Shown here: positions 1 through 11,693 of the stretch, piece after piece | Numbering within the stretch: position 1 is the first letter of the stretch | Layout of the letters: every line of letters starts with the position of its first letter | Source of the DNA: Catajapyx aquilonaris | Lineage: Eukaryota | Assembly (NCBI GenBank): GCA_000934665.2 | Contig: JYFJ02003833.1 | Span: forward strand, 1 to 36,905 | DNA length: 36,905 bases | Reading direction: 5' to 3' | Position numbers and translations under genes: made by a program | Notes under the pieces: model-generated | Databases searched by the model: none | What the model saw: only the letters and a program-made list of their open reading frames with translations | Told to the model about the DNA's origin: nothing

Positions 1-545
1 AACAAGCCTGACAAGAAAAACATCCAAAGAAGGTCGCATTGCGCCATGAAATCTCAAGCAGAACTTTACACGTTCGCTGTAAATAACGGGGGAAAAATGA
101 TATTGGTTTATCAGTTGTAAAGTTGGATAGAGTGGTCTCTGAGGATTAATGACGACATTCCTTTAAAACGGTCCCGATGATTGTTCATTAGAATCTATTC
201 CAAAAAAAAAATGGCCGTGGGAACAGCCAACTTGACACAGGCAAGTGTCACCAATCTCTTCGGTGGAGCTTGACAGAAACAAGCCCACCCCTTCCCCTTT
301 TTAGACCCGTGTGAAGGGTACATCTCCACACTCGTGTACGTCTGTCAACTGGCATGTTCACACTGGAAATAAAACTAGGTTCCTTCTGGGAACATCGGGG
401 ACTGGCAGGATTAATTGAGTCGATAGGAATGAAAATGGCGCAATTCTACCTTTCTCCAAAACTGGTCACTATACCTTACAGTGTTGGACATTAATCGCGT
501 CATACTGAGCACCTGCTCGAGTGCGAGCCGTGCGAGTAAGAAGAG

Positions 546-627
546 GTAGGCCTTGAGTGACGTCACCGGCTGGGGAGGCAATGGAGAAAAGGGTTGTCCC
601 CAGCCAGTGACGTCACCCAAGGGCTAC
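546..627. repeat. Short fold-back (inverted repeat) element with a CRE-like TGACGTCA in each arm
   Basis: Arm 546-576 (gtaggccttgagtgacgtcaccggctgggga) matches the reverse complement of arm 597-627 at 28/31 positions, around a 20-nt spacer. Confidence 0.7.
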
Positions 628-3600
628 CATTTCTTACTCACACGGATCGGACTCTATCACTTCGATTTGCACATCTGCCGCATCGTCAGATCGTTATTTC
701 GTTTAAAGGACTTTACGATTCTAAAAGTCTAACCCCAAAGGGCGTACCAAATTACATGGAACATTACGTTAATTTTAGAAAGCAAGTTGCAAATGGGTAG
801 CGGCACTTATTCATCGGCATAAAGAGGAAGACCTTGGTCCTCCTCTTGGCAAATGGAAACTACTGCCTTGCGACGCTACATTCACGACACAGAATTTATG
901 ATAATAAAAGTGCCCTTCCTAGTGAGGAACAATTCCTTTTGAGTCGAGAGCGATATGCAAAAATGCCTCTTAAATCATTTCGACCCAATATTTCATTTGC
1001 GTAGTAGCACTGTGCCAGAGGAGACCTTGTGGAAAAGTTCCGGCTAAAAAGGTACCGATTCATGTACCGACTTGGAGATGTTATTATTTTAGTGATCAAC
1101 AAGTAGACTGCATTTGACATCCACAGTATGTACCATTTTCAAGTCAGTACATTTGACTAATGTACGTACCGTAGACAGTACATGAATTAAAGCGCACAAA
1201 ATGATTTTCTCCGAATGTCCAGCAGTATGTCCCTCCTGATAACTGGTGGTTGGTGGATAGATGGATAGCTATAGTTCGCTGGCCTGTAATTGAGTGTGGG
1301 ATGGCGGCGGGCAATGCCAAGGGAATATTGGATTTACACCAGATCCCCTCCCACCTCCCTCTGTGCCCTGTATCCTTTCCCATCCTCTCTCCCTCTTCAT
1401 CTCGTTACCTTCCTGCGCTTGCTATTTAATACAATCTCCATACCAGTGTAATTTATTTAGATTGCGCAGTAATAAACAAGTTGCCTTCAGGCAAAGAAGA
1501 GGACGAGGAGAGATTGGAGATTCACTAGGGTGAACTGTTGGAGACGCTTTAAGCAAGGGTACTATATATTTTACGCATGCAATACCATTCATAACTACAG
1601 GGTGATTCAAAAAATAATACAGAAAATTGTATCGAACCTGTGTTTCTACAGCTCACAAAGGCCTATTGTTAGTCTACATGCGGAGGAGGATAGGCTTCCA
1701 TACACACAAAAAAAGCTCTCAAAATTTATTCGCCCACCTTCCCATGGCTATATAGGACGTTGTTTCCGACTGGACGAGTCGGATGATACAAAACGAGTGG
1801 GATGGATTCTGCCTTTCACGGCAGCAAGCAGAACTAGTGTCATTTATTTCAAGCACAGTGAACTCGTTAGGATGGGGAAATTAGTCTGCCACATCGTTTG
1901 AATTATAATTATTACCCACTCTGAACAACAATGGTGCTCGGGGCAAACAGAATACTGTTTGCGTGGGCTTCGTTCGGCACAATGCACAGGGCAAAGGGAT
2001 GGAAACTTCTAACAAAATGTACATGTATGTGCCGCCATTTTTTTGCAGTAGAATGAACAAGTAAAATGGTGTATGGTACACTCCAGTACATATGAATGCA
2101 CGTAGTATGTCATTGCCATTGACGTAAACTACTAGAAGGTTACGCTGCAAAAAAAATCTATAATTATGTACAAGCTTAATGAGCAAAAAATAATTGCAAT
2201 TGCGTGATGCAATTCTGCAATACATTGCAGTACTGACATCATGTGACATCCGTGACAGCGACAAAAGTGAGTCAGGCTTAAATTGATTTTCGCGTAGGAA
2301 TTACGCTTTACGGGGGTGGATATGATAATTATTTTCGTGTTCCTGTCATGATCGTAATGCACAATGAACCTTCAAAATTGATTTCACATCGTGACAGTGT
2401 CATATTTTATCTCACGCTACCAATCTTTTATCAATTTTCCTCTCGGCTAAGTGCAAACATAATGTTTACAAAACCAATATCTGATATATTCATACTTCAC
2501 TTATTACGCATAAACATTCTGCTATACCTACATTACGCCAACCGAATATCACTGACCTTCCCACAAGCCACTGGCAGTAGAGATTTCCTTTCATATGCAG
2601 ATTCCGCAAACCGGATGACTTAACAAACTCTAAACACGGCCTACTCAGGTAATCCACGATTTTGAACGGGGCTCTATCCCGCCTGGAATACTATAATCGA
2701 TATGGGTGTAGGTCACGGCATGAAGGGCAGGGTCGTCTCGAACAACGGTTCGTGCCGTTGGCACGACACTGCCCATAACGCCGGTTGTATATTAATCCGA
2801 AGAGCCCAAGCAAGCATGCACTAGAGTGGAAGACTTTGGTCGTTGCAGGACTGAACATTCCAGACACGTCGTCTGCACCCCTGCCAAGATGACCGACTCT
2901 CCGACAGACGACTTTGCCATCGGATGTAAGTGATAGACTCTCCCAGATATAACCTATTAGATTCAAGAATTTCGATCATAATTTTTTCTCAAACAAGAGC
3001 AATGCTATTGGTATCAGTGAAAACCCCGTTAGTAAATATGTAAACTGCAGAGTGTGTACAGAGTTGATAGATAATTGTGTGCTTAATATTCATGGCATGT
3101 TTTACAGAGCCATACTGTAGTGGCAAATTTTCCGATAGTTACGTGGCGGTTAAAAGTGTGTCAGACCTTCAGCGGAGATTCGACGAATATTCACAACGTC
3201 ACTACAAAAAAATTATTATTCAAATTACAGCGTCGAGTTCAACTTCTGTGAGAATAACTAAAAGTTGGCGGTGCCTGTTTTTTTTCATATTCTGCCAATA
3301 TGCAGTATTTTATTATAAGAGTGTACTTCCTGTTCACTGCGCAATAATGTAACCCACCCTGATAGGTAGGTTGACGTGTATTCAAATTCTGGTTTGAAAA
3401 AAGGGATTTGAAAGCATGTAAGGCTTTATAACATATGCCAACCTATTGTGCATCTTGAAATTGATTGCCTGAAGTGCAATGTGTATCGGTGTCGACGGTA
3501 ACTCACCACCCAGTGCATGTCAGTCACGTAGACACGACTGCTATTCAAATGCAGAATATGTGTAACTTATTCCAAATAGAACAAAAACTCTGTCTATTTT

Positions 3601-6600
3601 TTGTCACATTTGGTGTCATTTCATTTTCCACTGATAGCGCAAAACAATACTGTTGATGTAATTTAACTATCCAATTATTATATAAAAAACTGGATTATAA
3701 ACAACGTACCACGCAGTTTAATATTGACACAGCTACAAAATCTGTTGTGCTGGCCTGGCAACATCACAAAAGGTTTCACGTGCCAGTCATAATATACATT
3801 TTGTTGTTCAAGTCAATAATCAATTGGGGCTCCGTGAAGGCGAAATCCAACCTCGTGAGCCCACAACAACCATGTTCTTTTTGTGATTTCCTTTCTTTCC
3901 TTTGGTTACCTCCTCAAGACAGAACAGCACGCGATGTCATCACAAATGTCTACCTATTGTTTCTTAATCCCCAGGAAATTGGAAAATTACCGTGGTACAC
4001 TCCTGTTCAAAAAAACTGATGACATTTTCGTGCAAGTGACGTGTTAATCCTGTGCACGTAGCCTGCAGGAAATACAAAAAAAAAATCAGCCTCACAATGA
4101 TACATAGTACATTAAATCACTTGGCGTGCATATGACAGCAGATATAATATCAGCTCTGCTTCTGATACGACATGTCGGTCGAGCAGTACAAAGCAGCATC
4201 GCATCCCAAATTTCCTCCCCAACATCAGTACCAGGTATCTTATGATCGTCCTCTGGGAGAACTAGCAGAACATGTATCGACCCAACCTGTCAACCCGATA
4301 AGGTTATTGTTGAGTAAAGGGAAGCGCGTAAAAGTCCCAAGCGGGACAAAACTAATTTCCCATAAAAATGGACTCCAAGCTCAAGAATGCAGATTTGGAT
4401 CAAGATTCCTTCCAAGAACCTTACTCAAAATCTCTTTGCCATCTCCTTGAGGCTATATGGATACAAAAATTGCTTCTAAGCATGATAAGGCGCCCTTATT
4501 TCCTCTACATCGAATGCGGCCGATACGCGTGTGACTCTGTCCTGACTGTGACATATCAATATGTGCACAGTATACAGTCAACATGCTCTCGATTACTCGT
4601 GCGATTACGTCCGAATGAATCAATTATCATTCCAACTGAAGCTTGAACAAACTGTGCGGTGTGGTTAGAGGCCACAGCGTTAAATGCCACAAACATTTTG
4701 GCCCATAAGGTAATTTTACTCCGGAGTTATTGCTGTCATGGCTATTGTTCCATTAATATAATACCAGTCGGGTGGTTGTGTATCAATTTGGCGTTCATCA
4801 CATCGATTGCACAGTTTGGCAACGTTGTGGAAAAGGATAGTAATGTTCATTCATATGTGTAAAGGGGAAGGAACATTTTGAAATGGACAGGTCCGATGTG
4901 ATAAAGGCACTGATTCTTAATAGCTACCATATATCTATTTGCACTAATACTTGTATAGGCATTAAACGTGTCAAGTATTTGACTTCCATCGAGTATTACC
5001 AGAGTATTACGACAACTTGCTGTATTCGGAATTACTGATTTAGGCATGTCAGGCGCCCCCTGATGTTGACACTTGGAAATTGGCTGCACAATATGCTGAT
5101 CGATATTTACATCAAATAGTTATATGCCTTAGCCAAAGTTTAGTAGCAATAAAGACAGCAGGACGTGTGGTTTTACTGCTATGCGTATAAATTACTGCTG
5201 AAGCTGCCACAGCAATTTGTGTCTCTCGATATTGCTTAGTAACTTTTCACTCCTACACTGTGTCTCATAAGGAGAGTCTGAACCTCGAAAGTTTTATATT
5301 ACTTTAGTGGGGGGGGGGGGGGNGGGGGGGTGCTAGGCTCAACACCGACGCTAGGGGGTGGAAATTTGGCCACGCTGGGAATCTTTAACGTGCACTCGCG
5401 CAATGTCACAAGTACACGGGACCAAATTGTTACCAAATTCTGATTTTCAACTTCTTGGCCTGTACCTTCCTCAGCTGTCTCTATCGGCAAAGAATAAAGC
5501 CCCCTCTGAATGCTCTTGGACACCAACCAGCCCGCAATAACCAGTGGCAACACCCCCTATTGGCAATCCCATTGCTCTTGGGTATCGGCCATGAGCCTAA
5601 ACGTCTCCCAGAAAGGATTCAAATTCCCTCCCAATTTGCACCCAGATAGTTGGCAATGGGCAGCAGCCAGAATAGAGAAAAGGGGAGGCGCATGAGCGTG
5701 GATAGGACCCCCCCTCCCCTACTAGAAGCCACATTTGGCAAGCGCCCATCCTGCGCGAGGACCCCCCCGTCCCACTTCCCCCTGTCCCATCCCATCCCAT
5801 CCTCCCCCGCCTGCCCCTGGGCGTGTTGGATGGCAGTCAGCGCGCGGGCAAGGAAGGAAACACCATCCATTCCGCACTAGTCAGGGTGTCCCTGTATCGT
5901 CCCTTCGCTTGGTATCATCCAGCACACAAGTCACCAGCTATTGGTAAGTTAACACTTGGGGTTGTCGACAATTGGGCCTTCTTCTTCGTTATGTTCTAAT
6001 GTTGGTCGTTCGTGGTCGCTATGGGCAGTTTTCAAAAATGGGGATGCGGGACCAAATTGTTCCCAAAGTCACACCTGAGAGCAATTTGCATGGAAATAGC
6101 AAAGCAAGTGCCCATAATAGTATTAGCATAGAAAGTGAGGGGGGGGGGTCCGGCTGCTGGCCTAGGTGTAAAAATAATGTGGATGTCCAAAACTGTACTG
6201 AAGACAACAATAGAAGGGTGACTAAAATAACGGCGCTTTGCATAGGCTATATAAACGTGCAAGCTACTAACGCATCATCGAAATACGCATGTTTAGCGTA
6301 TATATGTACAGGATGCCTTGATGACCTTTTACTAGACGCATCCAGTGAGGTAAATGTGAAATTTATGTAGCTTTTAGCAAATTAAATTCTGCGGATGAAA
6401 TATTGAGAGGACAAGCACTATTATTTTTACAGTACATTTTTCCTCGCACATTTCCTGGATATACAGTAAAACTCATACTGTTAGTCCAACAGCTTGCAAT
6501 TGGTGCATACACTGTTTTAGTTCGATACAGGTCCAAACGAAGAGTAGATATAGCTTATGGAGGAAGGTTCCACATGGCCTCATTGTATTATGAACGCATG

Positions 6601-8750
6601 TATGTCACAGTAATATGCCACATAATTGTAAATCACTGATGACGTACATTCTTCAAGAACAGCCACCAATAGCTAGTGCAAAATATTAGCAATTAATTTT
6701 TGAACAACATCCAGTAGGTGATGAAATATTACTAGCAATTCCACAATAGCCTGCTTTCCGGCACTCAATTCAGTTCTCGGAGTATTCCCTAGTTGATCCT
6801 GAAATAAATGTCTCAACAACAAGCTTGGCGTAACGAATGAGGGTCATTAGTCAAAAAGAGTCTACCCCTGACCCAGAAAGTTATCACCTTTTCGCTTCAG
6901 GCCCCACCGAAAGTTAATTACACGCAGTGTTAATAGAAAACCGGGGGAACGGTTCCTGTCTGGCATCTGGGCCTCGAGATAAAGTATAAGCAGTACCTTG
7001 CAGCAGGTATATCATTATCTCAACCTGCAACAAACAGATGGTCTCAGTTCACATGAAGAAGTGCTAAAAAAAATATTGATATTTTACGCACATTTTTTCG
7101 CAATATTCATATCAGAATTTCAGCAATTCGCTTGTAACCCTGGTCAAAAAACCTGCCTGAAGCTCTTACCGTGGCTGCATATTTAAAACGGAATTCAGTC
7201 GGACAGAAAATGGGGAAGACATTCCGAGAGTCTGTTTAGGCATGAAGAGATGCGATTATCACGTGAGCCGAAGGATCGACTTCCACAGCGATGAAATTCC
7301 TGCCGGATTATTCCTTCATCCTACACTACAAAAGGGTATGATCCGAGGCACATTATTTTATATCTAGAAGACAAATACTAGTGCTGGAGTACAATGTTCA
7401 CAGTACATTTCGAGGAGCATATGTTATGATGCAAGACATAAGAAATGTTACAACTAGACAATTCCGCATTGTTATTTATTTAATTCTGACGTAGGTGCTG
7501 CATTGCATACTAAAGTACATGCAAAATATTTCACCAACTTACAGTAGCGTCCACAAACGTCATAACTTCCCACTCGTATGACCTTGGAACAAAGCTTAAA
7601 TTAGCTTTAAAAAACGTTACAGGAAACTAACCTGAGTAATCCACGTGTCAATGTCATACAGTATTTTGTCAGGAGCTTGCTGTAGAGAGTGCAGACACTG
7701 GGGCCTGCCCCGAAATTAAAATGTCGATTACTGTTTACAGTATACCTTTATTATTCTTTGCTACCGTTCAATAAATGCATTTTCCTCACTGAGCCTGCAA
7801 AATGGACAAATTTGGAATAAAAATTAGATTGACACATTTAGCTTCCAAAATAGGGTTTGATAAATTAAAATTGGATTGTAACGCAATAATGCCAAGTTTT
7901 ACTTGCATATGTACTGTAATATGCCAGTGTGTTAATATTTTCCTGCAAATACGTTGGCATAGTGTTGCGCGTAATGCACATTATTATAATATGCGTACAA
8001 TATGTTGTCAAAGAGCGTTATGTTGAAACATCAACATTGATGCAACTTATACTGTAGCCTACGTAAAAAATAATAATTTTGACTTCCATGACATTGCGGT
8101 TCCTGCCCAATAAGTTACAAACGACCCTGGAATATCTTTGAGGCTCGCAAGGATATTCCCGGTTCAAGTGTGACGTCTGAGAATCTTGAACCACGTCAAA
8201 GTGCCAATTATCCCATACATTTGGAGCCCCCGCACGTCCATCATCTACTTCCCGGATGCGATGCAAAAACACTCTAGGTCTGCCCCACTAGACAGTTCAT
8301 TACCAAACTGCTTCGACCACACGGCATCAGCATGAGTACCAGAACTTCAGTTATTCACGCAACGGTTAGCGAATGGGCAGGAGCCAGCTTCCATATTTTT
8401 CGGTTACCTTCTCCAAAGTTACTTGAAACCTATAGTATCTCAAGGAACAAACTTAGACAACTTCATCTGCTTCCGACATGTTGTTTCTGCGTGGTTCTGT
8501 GCATAACTTTCCTTTTTGGAAGGAGTACACCGTGAAACATTACATTTACGAAGTTCAGGCAGACTACCCATTGACGCATAAATGGAGGAATGAGTTTTGA
8601 ATCAATATTGTTTTAGAGTTGCTGTGACTTGGAGATTAATTTTCTGCCTCGATTAACAGCAGAAAATGTTGGGCTGCTGGGGGTCAATATACATATTCAC
8701 CTTTGGTATTTCACACCTGCTATAGATAACATTAGACTTGTTGCACAAAA

Positions 8751-8756
8751 TTTATT
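8751..8756 (-). promoter_or_regulatory. Candidate polyadenylation signal (AATAAA) of the minus-strand gene
   Basis: tttatt at 8751-8756 reads AATAAA on the minus strand, about 30 nt after the TGA at 8789-8787. The region is AT-rich, so this could be chance. Confidence 0.35.
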
Positions 8757-8786
8757 AGTGGCACTAATGTCAGCATATATAAAATG

Positions 8787-11097
8787 TCACTTAATTCTTC
8801 CAAGTCCTGATGCTTCTGGTGTGCTGAAGCAGACATGAGCTTGACGTTTCATCTCCCTCCTCTTCTCAGTCCATCTTCTGATCCAGTTCATGCAACCTTT
8901 TATCTTTTCCTTTGCCTCCTCATCCCGGATGGGTCCTTCATCATCCTCGTCCACCATGCACATGGAAGGGTCGGATTCAAAGCACTGGATCCAGCTCCTG
9001 ACTATCTGTTCGCGATCATGAATCCTAGTACTGCACAAGTTTGGCTCTTTGTGAACAAGACTCTTTGTGACCTTACGTGGGTTGAACCTTGACAGGTTGG
9101 TCTTGCCCTTTCTTCCGAAAAGGGCAACATCGTCAGTGTCACTTGAAGCAGATCCTTTCTCTCGATTACGTTCTTTAGGACTGGGCTGGCGGTGAAAGTG
9201 ACCTTTGACACCAGTCTCTTCGCGAATATTGTCACATCGAGAACATGCTTCATCGTAGCGGTGCTTAAATTTTCCCCCTTTTGAGATCCAACCAACAGGA
9301 CTTGTCCTTTCTTGATTATGGGCCCTTGGGCTGGTACCTTCACTATTTTCATTTCTGGCACTAGTTACTTTGCGTTGTTCATGCCCAGAACTTAATTGGC
9401 TATGGGCATCCTTAGAATCATTTTCTTCGGGGGAGATATCACTAAGTAGGGAGTTTTCACGAAACCGGACCAGATGACTGGGAAATCCACGACCTCCAAC
9501 AGCAGGGCCTTTCTGTTCACTACTCTTCTCCCTAGGACTGGTTCTTTCACTATCTCCATCCTTTGGCCTGGTATCTCCTAGATCCTTACCCCACGGGCTC
9601 GTCCTTCCACTATTCTCATTATTAGGACTGGTACTTTTTTGATTGTCAACCCTATGACTGGTCCTTCCATGATCGTCAACCCTAGGGCTGGTCTTTCCAT
9701 AGTCACCATCCACAGGGCCTTCCCATTCTTCGACTTTTTCATCTTCTTCCACAAGATCATCGACTTGGTCAGGATCGTACCATCCACTATCCTCCTTCCT
9801 AGGACTGGTCCTTCCATGATTGTCACCCTTTTCATAGGAATCATCCTCAGGACCTTCCCACTCTTCGACTACTTCATCTGCTTCCATGAGACCATCGGCT
9901 TGGTCAGGATCGTACCATGCAAAATCCTCATTCTTCAAACTGCTCCTTTCATCATTCTCATATATCAGACCGGACCTCTTACGATTTTTATACAAATATC
10001 CGGAATCGTCACGCACATCCTCAGAATGTGTCCAATCTCTGGGACTAGTTCCTACACTTTTATCTTCCATAGTAGGACCCTTCTCTTCACAATAGTTGCT
10101 TCTAGGGTTAGTATTGCACGCTTCGTCACAAACAGAAACTGCTTCTAGCTCAGTTGAAATGGAAACGTTGCTTTTAGTACGATTCTTCAGGCACGATCCG
10201 CAATTCTCGCACACCATGTCTGAGTTACACATAGAACTGTCCGCCCAAACTCCATCTTTAAACCCAGAGCTGGTGTATATAACTTGAAGTGATGATTTTT
10301 GAGAGGCACTCACAGCATATTGCGCTGTTTCATCTTTTCGGTCCGTATCTTCAATGTAGTAGTCACCCGACTCGTGTTCTGCTTGAGAATGCTCGAAAAG
10401 ACTACATTCCGTACCTCTGCATTTTCTGAAAATGACTTCTCGCAGTTGTTCGGCACGCATAAGACATGTGTCGCAAGGCTCAGATCTGTCCTCATCTAGT
10501 TCATGAGTATGAGGATCCTCTACTGTGCTATGCGATACACAAACGTTACTTTCCTCCTGAGAAAGGTAATACTGCGAATCAGTCTCTTGAAGCTCAGTTG
10601 GGCTTATGCTCTCCTCTGATTGTAGCTCATAGTACACTGTGTCAGGATTGTAAGTCCTGTTTGAGCCGGTGTAATTAATGTACTGGCGTGCAAAAATATT
10701 CTCAGAGGCAACTGACGTCGTGATCACAGGTACACTCGACCTTCGATAAATGATCTCCTCATCCAGATCTTCACTCTCTGATTCGACGTCTTCTTTGTCA
10801 TCGTCGTTGTACACTGTAATGTGGAAGTCCTGTTCCTCTGCTGGTGCCTCGAACGTATCACCTTGAATTCCCTCAGTGTGAACATCAGTATAGTCGATTT
10901 CATGGCATCTATGAGAATATGAACCACCAAGAAGCTCAAACGGCCCACTACTCGCTATACTCAAATTGGTTGCAAAACACGATTCATCACGACGAACTGC
11001 TGCATTGTTCTTGGTGAGACATAAATACGGCGAGTTTCCCAATGTGCAAGGCTCTCCAGAACTATCTTCACCAATGTTGGCATCGTTCGCCAAAACA
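8787..11097 (-). CDS. Large (probably last) coding exon of an uncharacterised acidic, S/D/E/R-rich, repeat-containing protein
   Basis: A 2.3-kb stop-free frame in a window where other ORFs are mostly under 130 aa. The acceptor gttcctatttattctggcAG|T (AG at 11099-11098) is phase-compatible with the upstream exon (AG+T = Ser). Internal repeats have in-frame 30-nt and 135-nt periods. The GTG start at 11183 in the ORF track is probably intronic. Confidence 0.85.
9505..9715 (-). repeat. In-frame tandem 30-bp (10-aa) repeat, about 7 degenerate units, consensus x-D/E-x-x-G/E-R-T-S-P-R
   Basis: The gg(a/g/c)ctggt-like core recurs near 9535, 9565, 9595, 9625, 9655 and 9685. Peptide: DGDYGKTSPR VDDHGRTSHR VDNQKSTSPN NENSGRTSPW GKDLGDTRPK DGDSERTSPR EKSSEQKGPA. 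Confidence 0.85.
9715..9917 (-). repeat. In-frame 135-bp (45-aa period) duplication WYDPDQxDxLxExDExVEEWEGP
   Basis: ttggtcaggatcgtacca occurs identically at 9765-9782 and 9900-9917. Peptides: WYDPDQADGLMEADEVVEEWEGP and WYDPDQVDDLVEEDEKVEEWEGP. Confidence 0.9.
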
Positions 11098-11257
11098 CTG
11101 CCAGAATAAATAGGAACGCAATTTACATTAATTTTAGTTTCGTATATGTAATCTGTAGAGTATCCCATATGCAGGGTTGCCACTTGTCATACCTCGACTT
11201 TAGTCCCATCAAAATAGAAGGGAAGTAAATCTAATAATTTTTAGATCATGTGGTTAC

Positions 11258-11427
11258 CTTACATCATCCAGAGGAACTGACCCGGTATTGGGATAGAGGA
11301 ATTTCCTTATTTTCTCGCCCTTTCCTGGAATGTACGAGCTGGCCTGGAAGGGTCGAACAGGAGGAAATTCCTGGTGGTTTTTCCCGGCACTAAATTCCCT
11401 TTCGCCATATCTCCGTCTTGAAGCCAT
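11258..11427 (-). CDS. First coding exon of the minus-strand repeat protein (MASRRRYGEREFSAGKNHQEFPPVRPF...PLDDV)
   Basis: On the minus strand, acceptor ctcctttttctatcAG at 11431-11430 is followed by ccATGG (ATG at 11427, good Kozak context). The donor is AAG|GTAACC at 11257. The 160-nt intron 11257-11098 joins the large exon in frame, giving a 2481-nt CDS (826 aa plus stop). Confidence 0.7.
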
Positions 11428-11679
11428 GGCTGATAGAAAAAGGAGCAACGTCAGAAAATAACGCCCAGAAATGAATGGTAGCTGGTCTACTTTTTTTTCT
11501 GAGAAACTTCGTTCATTATCTGCCGGCATTGGCTCCGGTGTAATTAATTACCATTTTCTGCCAGAGTGTCGGCAGTGGTTTCTTCAGCTTAATTCGTCGG
11601 AAGACAGGACCTTCAACCCACAACGTGGATTTTTTGGGGGGACACGACGAGCATGGTCTTGGGTTGGCCTGTAACAATG

Positions 11680-11693
11680 GTTGTCATGGATAT
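11680..11693. promoter_or_regulatory. RFX X-box-like motif upstream of the minus-strand gene
   Basis: GTTGTCATGGATAT (reverse: ATATCCATGACAAC) is close to the X-box palindrome GTTGCCATGGCAAC / GTATCCATGACAAC and lies about 250 nt upstream of the ATG. Confidence 0.4.

Noticed and set aside
221..359. Weak inverted similarity (gaacagccaacttgaca / tgtcaactggcatgttc)
   Set aside because: Short and gapped, so it cannot be distinguished from chance.
2691..2966. GC-richer minus-strand ORF preceded by an acceptor-like site
   Set aside because: No recognisable protein in any frame and no compatible partner exon found.
5299..5950. Cluster of overlapping short GC-rich ORFs
   Set aside because: Low-complexity C/G-rich sequence keeps frames open on both strands. 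It is probably repeat-derived, but no termini could be defined.
6990..8540. Possible further minus-strand exons downstream of the large exon
   Set aside because: Splice-like sites exist, but the frames I checked contain stops before the donors, and the large exon already ends in TGA followed by AATAAA.
8835..10948. Multiple antisense and alternate-frame ORFs within the large exon
   Set aside because: Shadows of the real coding frame and its in-frame repeats.
11098..11183. GTG-initiated N-terminus of the 798-aa track ORF
   Set aside because: It lies inside the predicted 160-nt GT-AG intron, and an ATG exon upstream joins in the correct phase.
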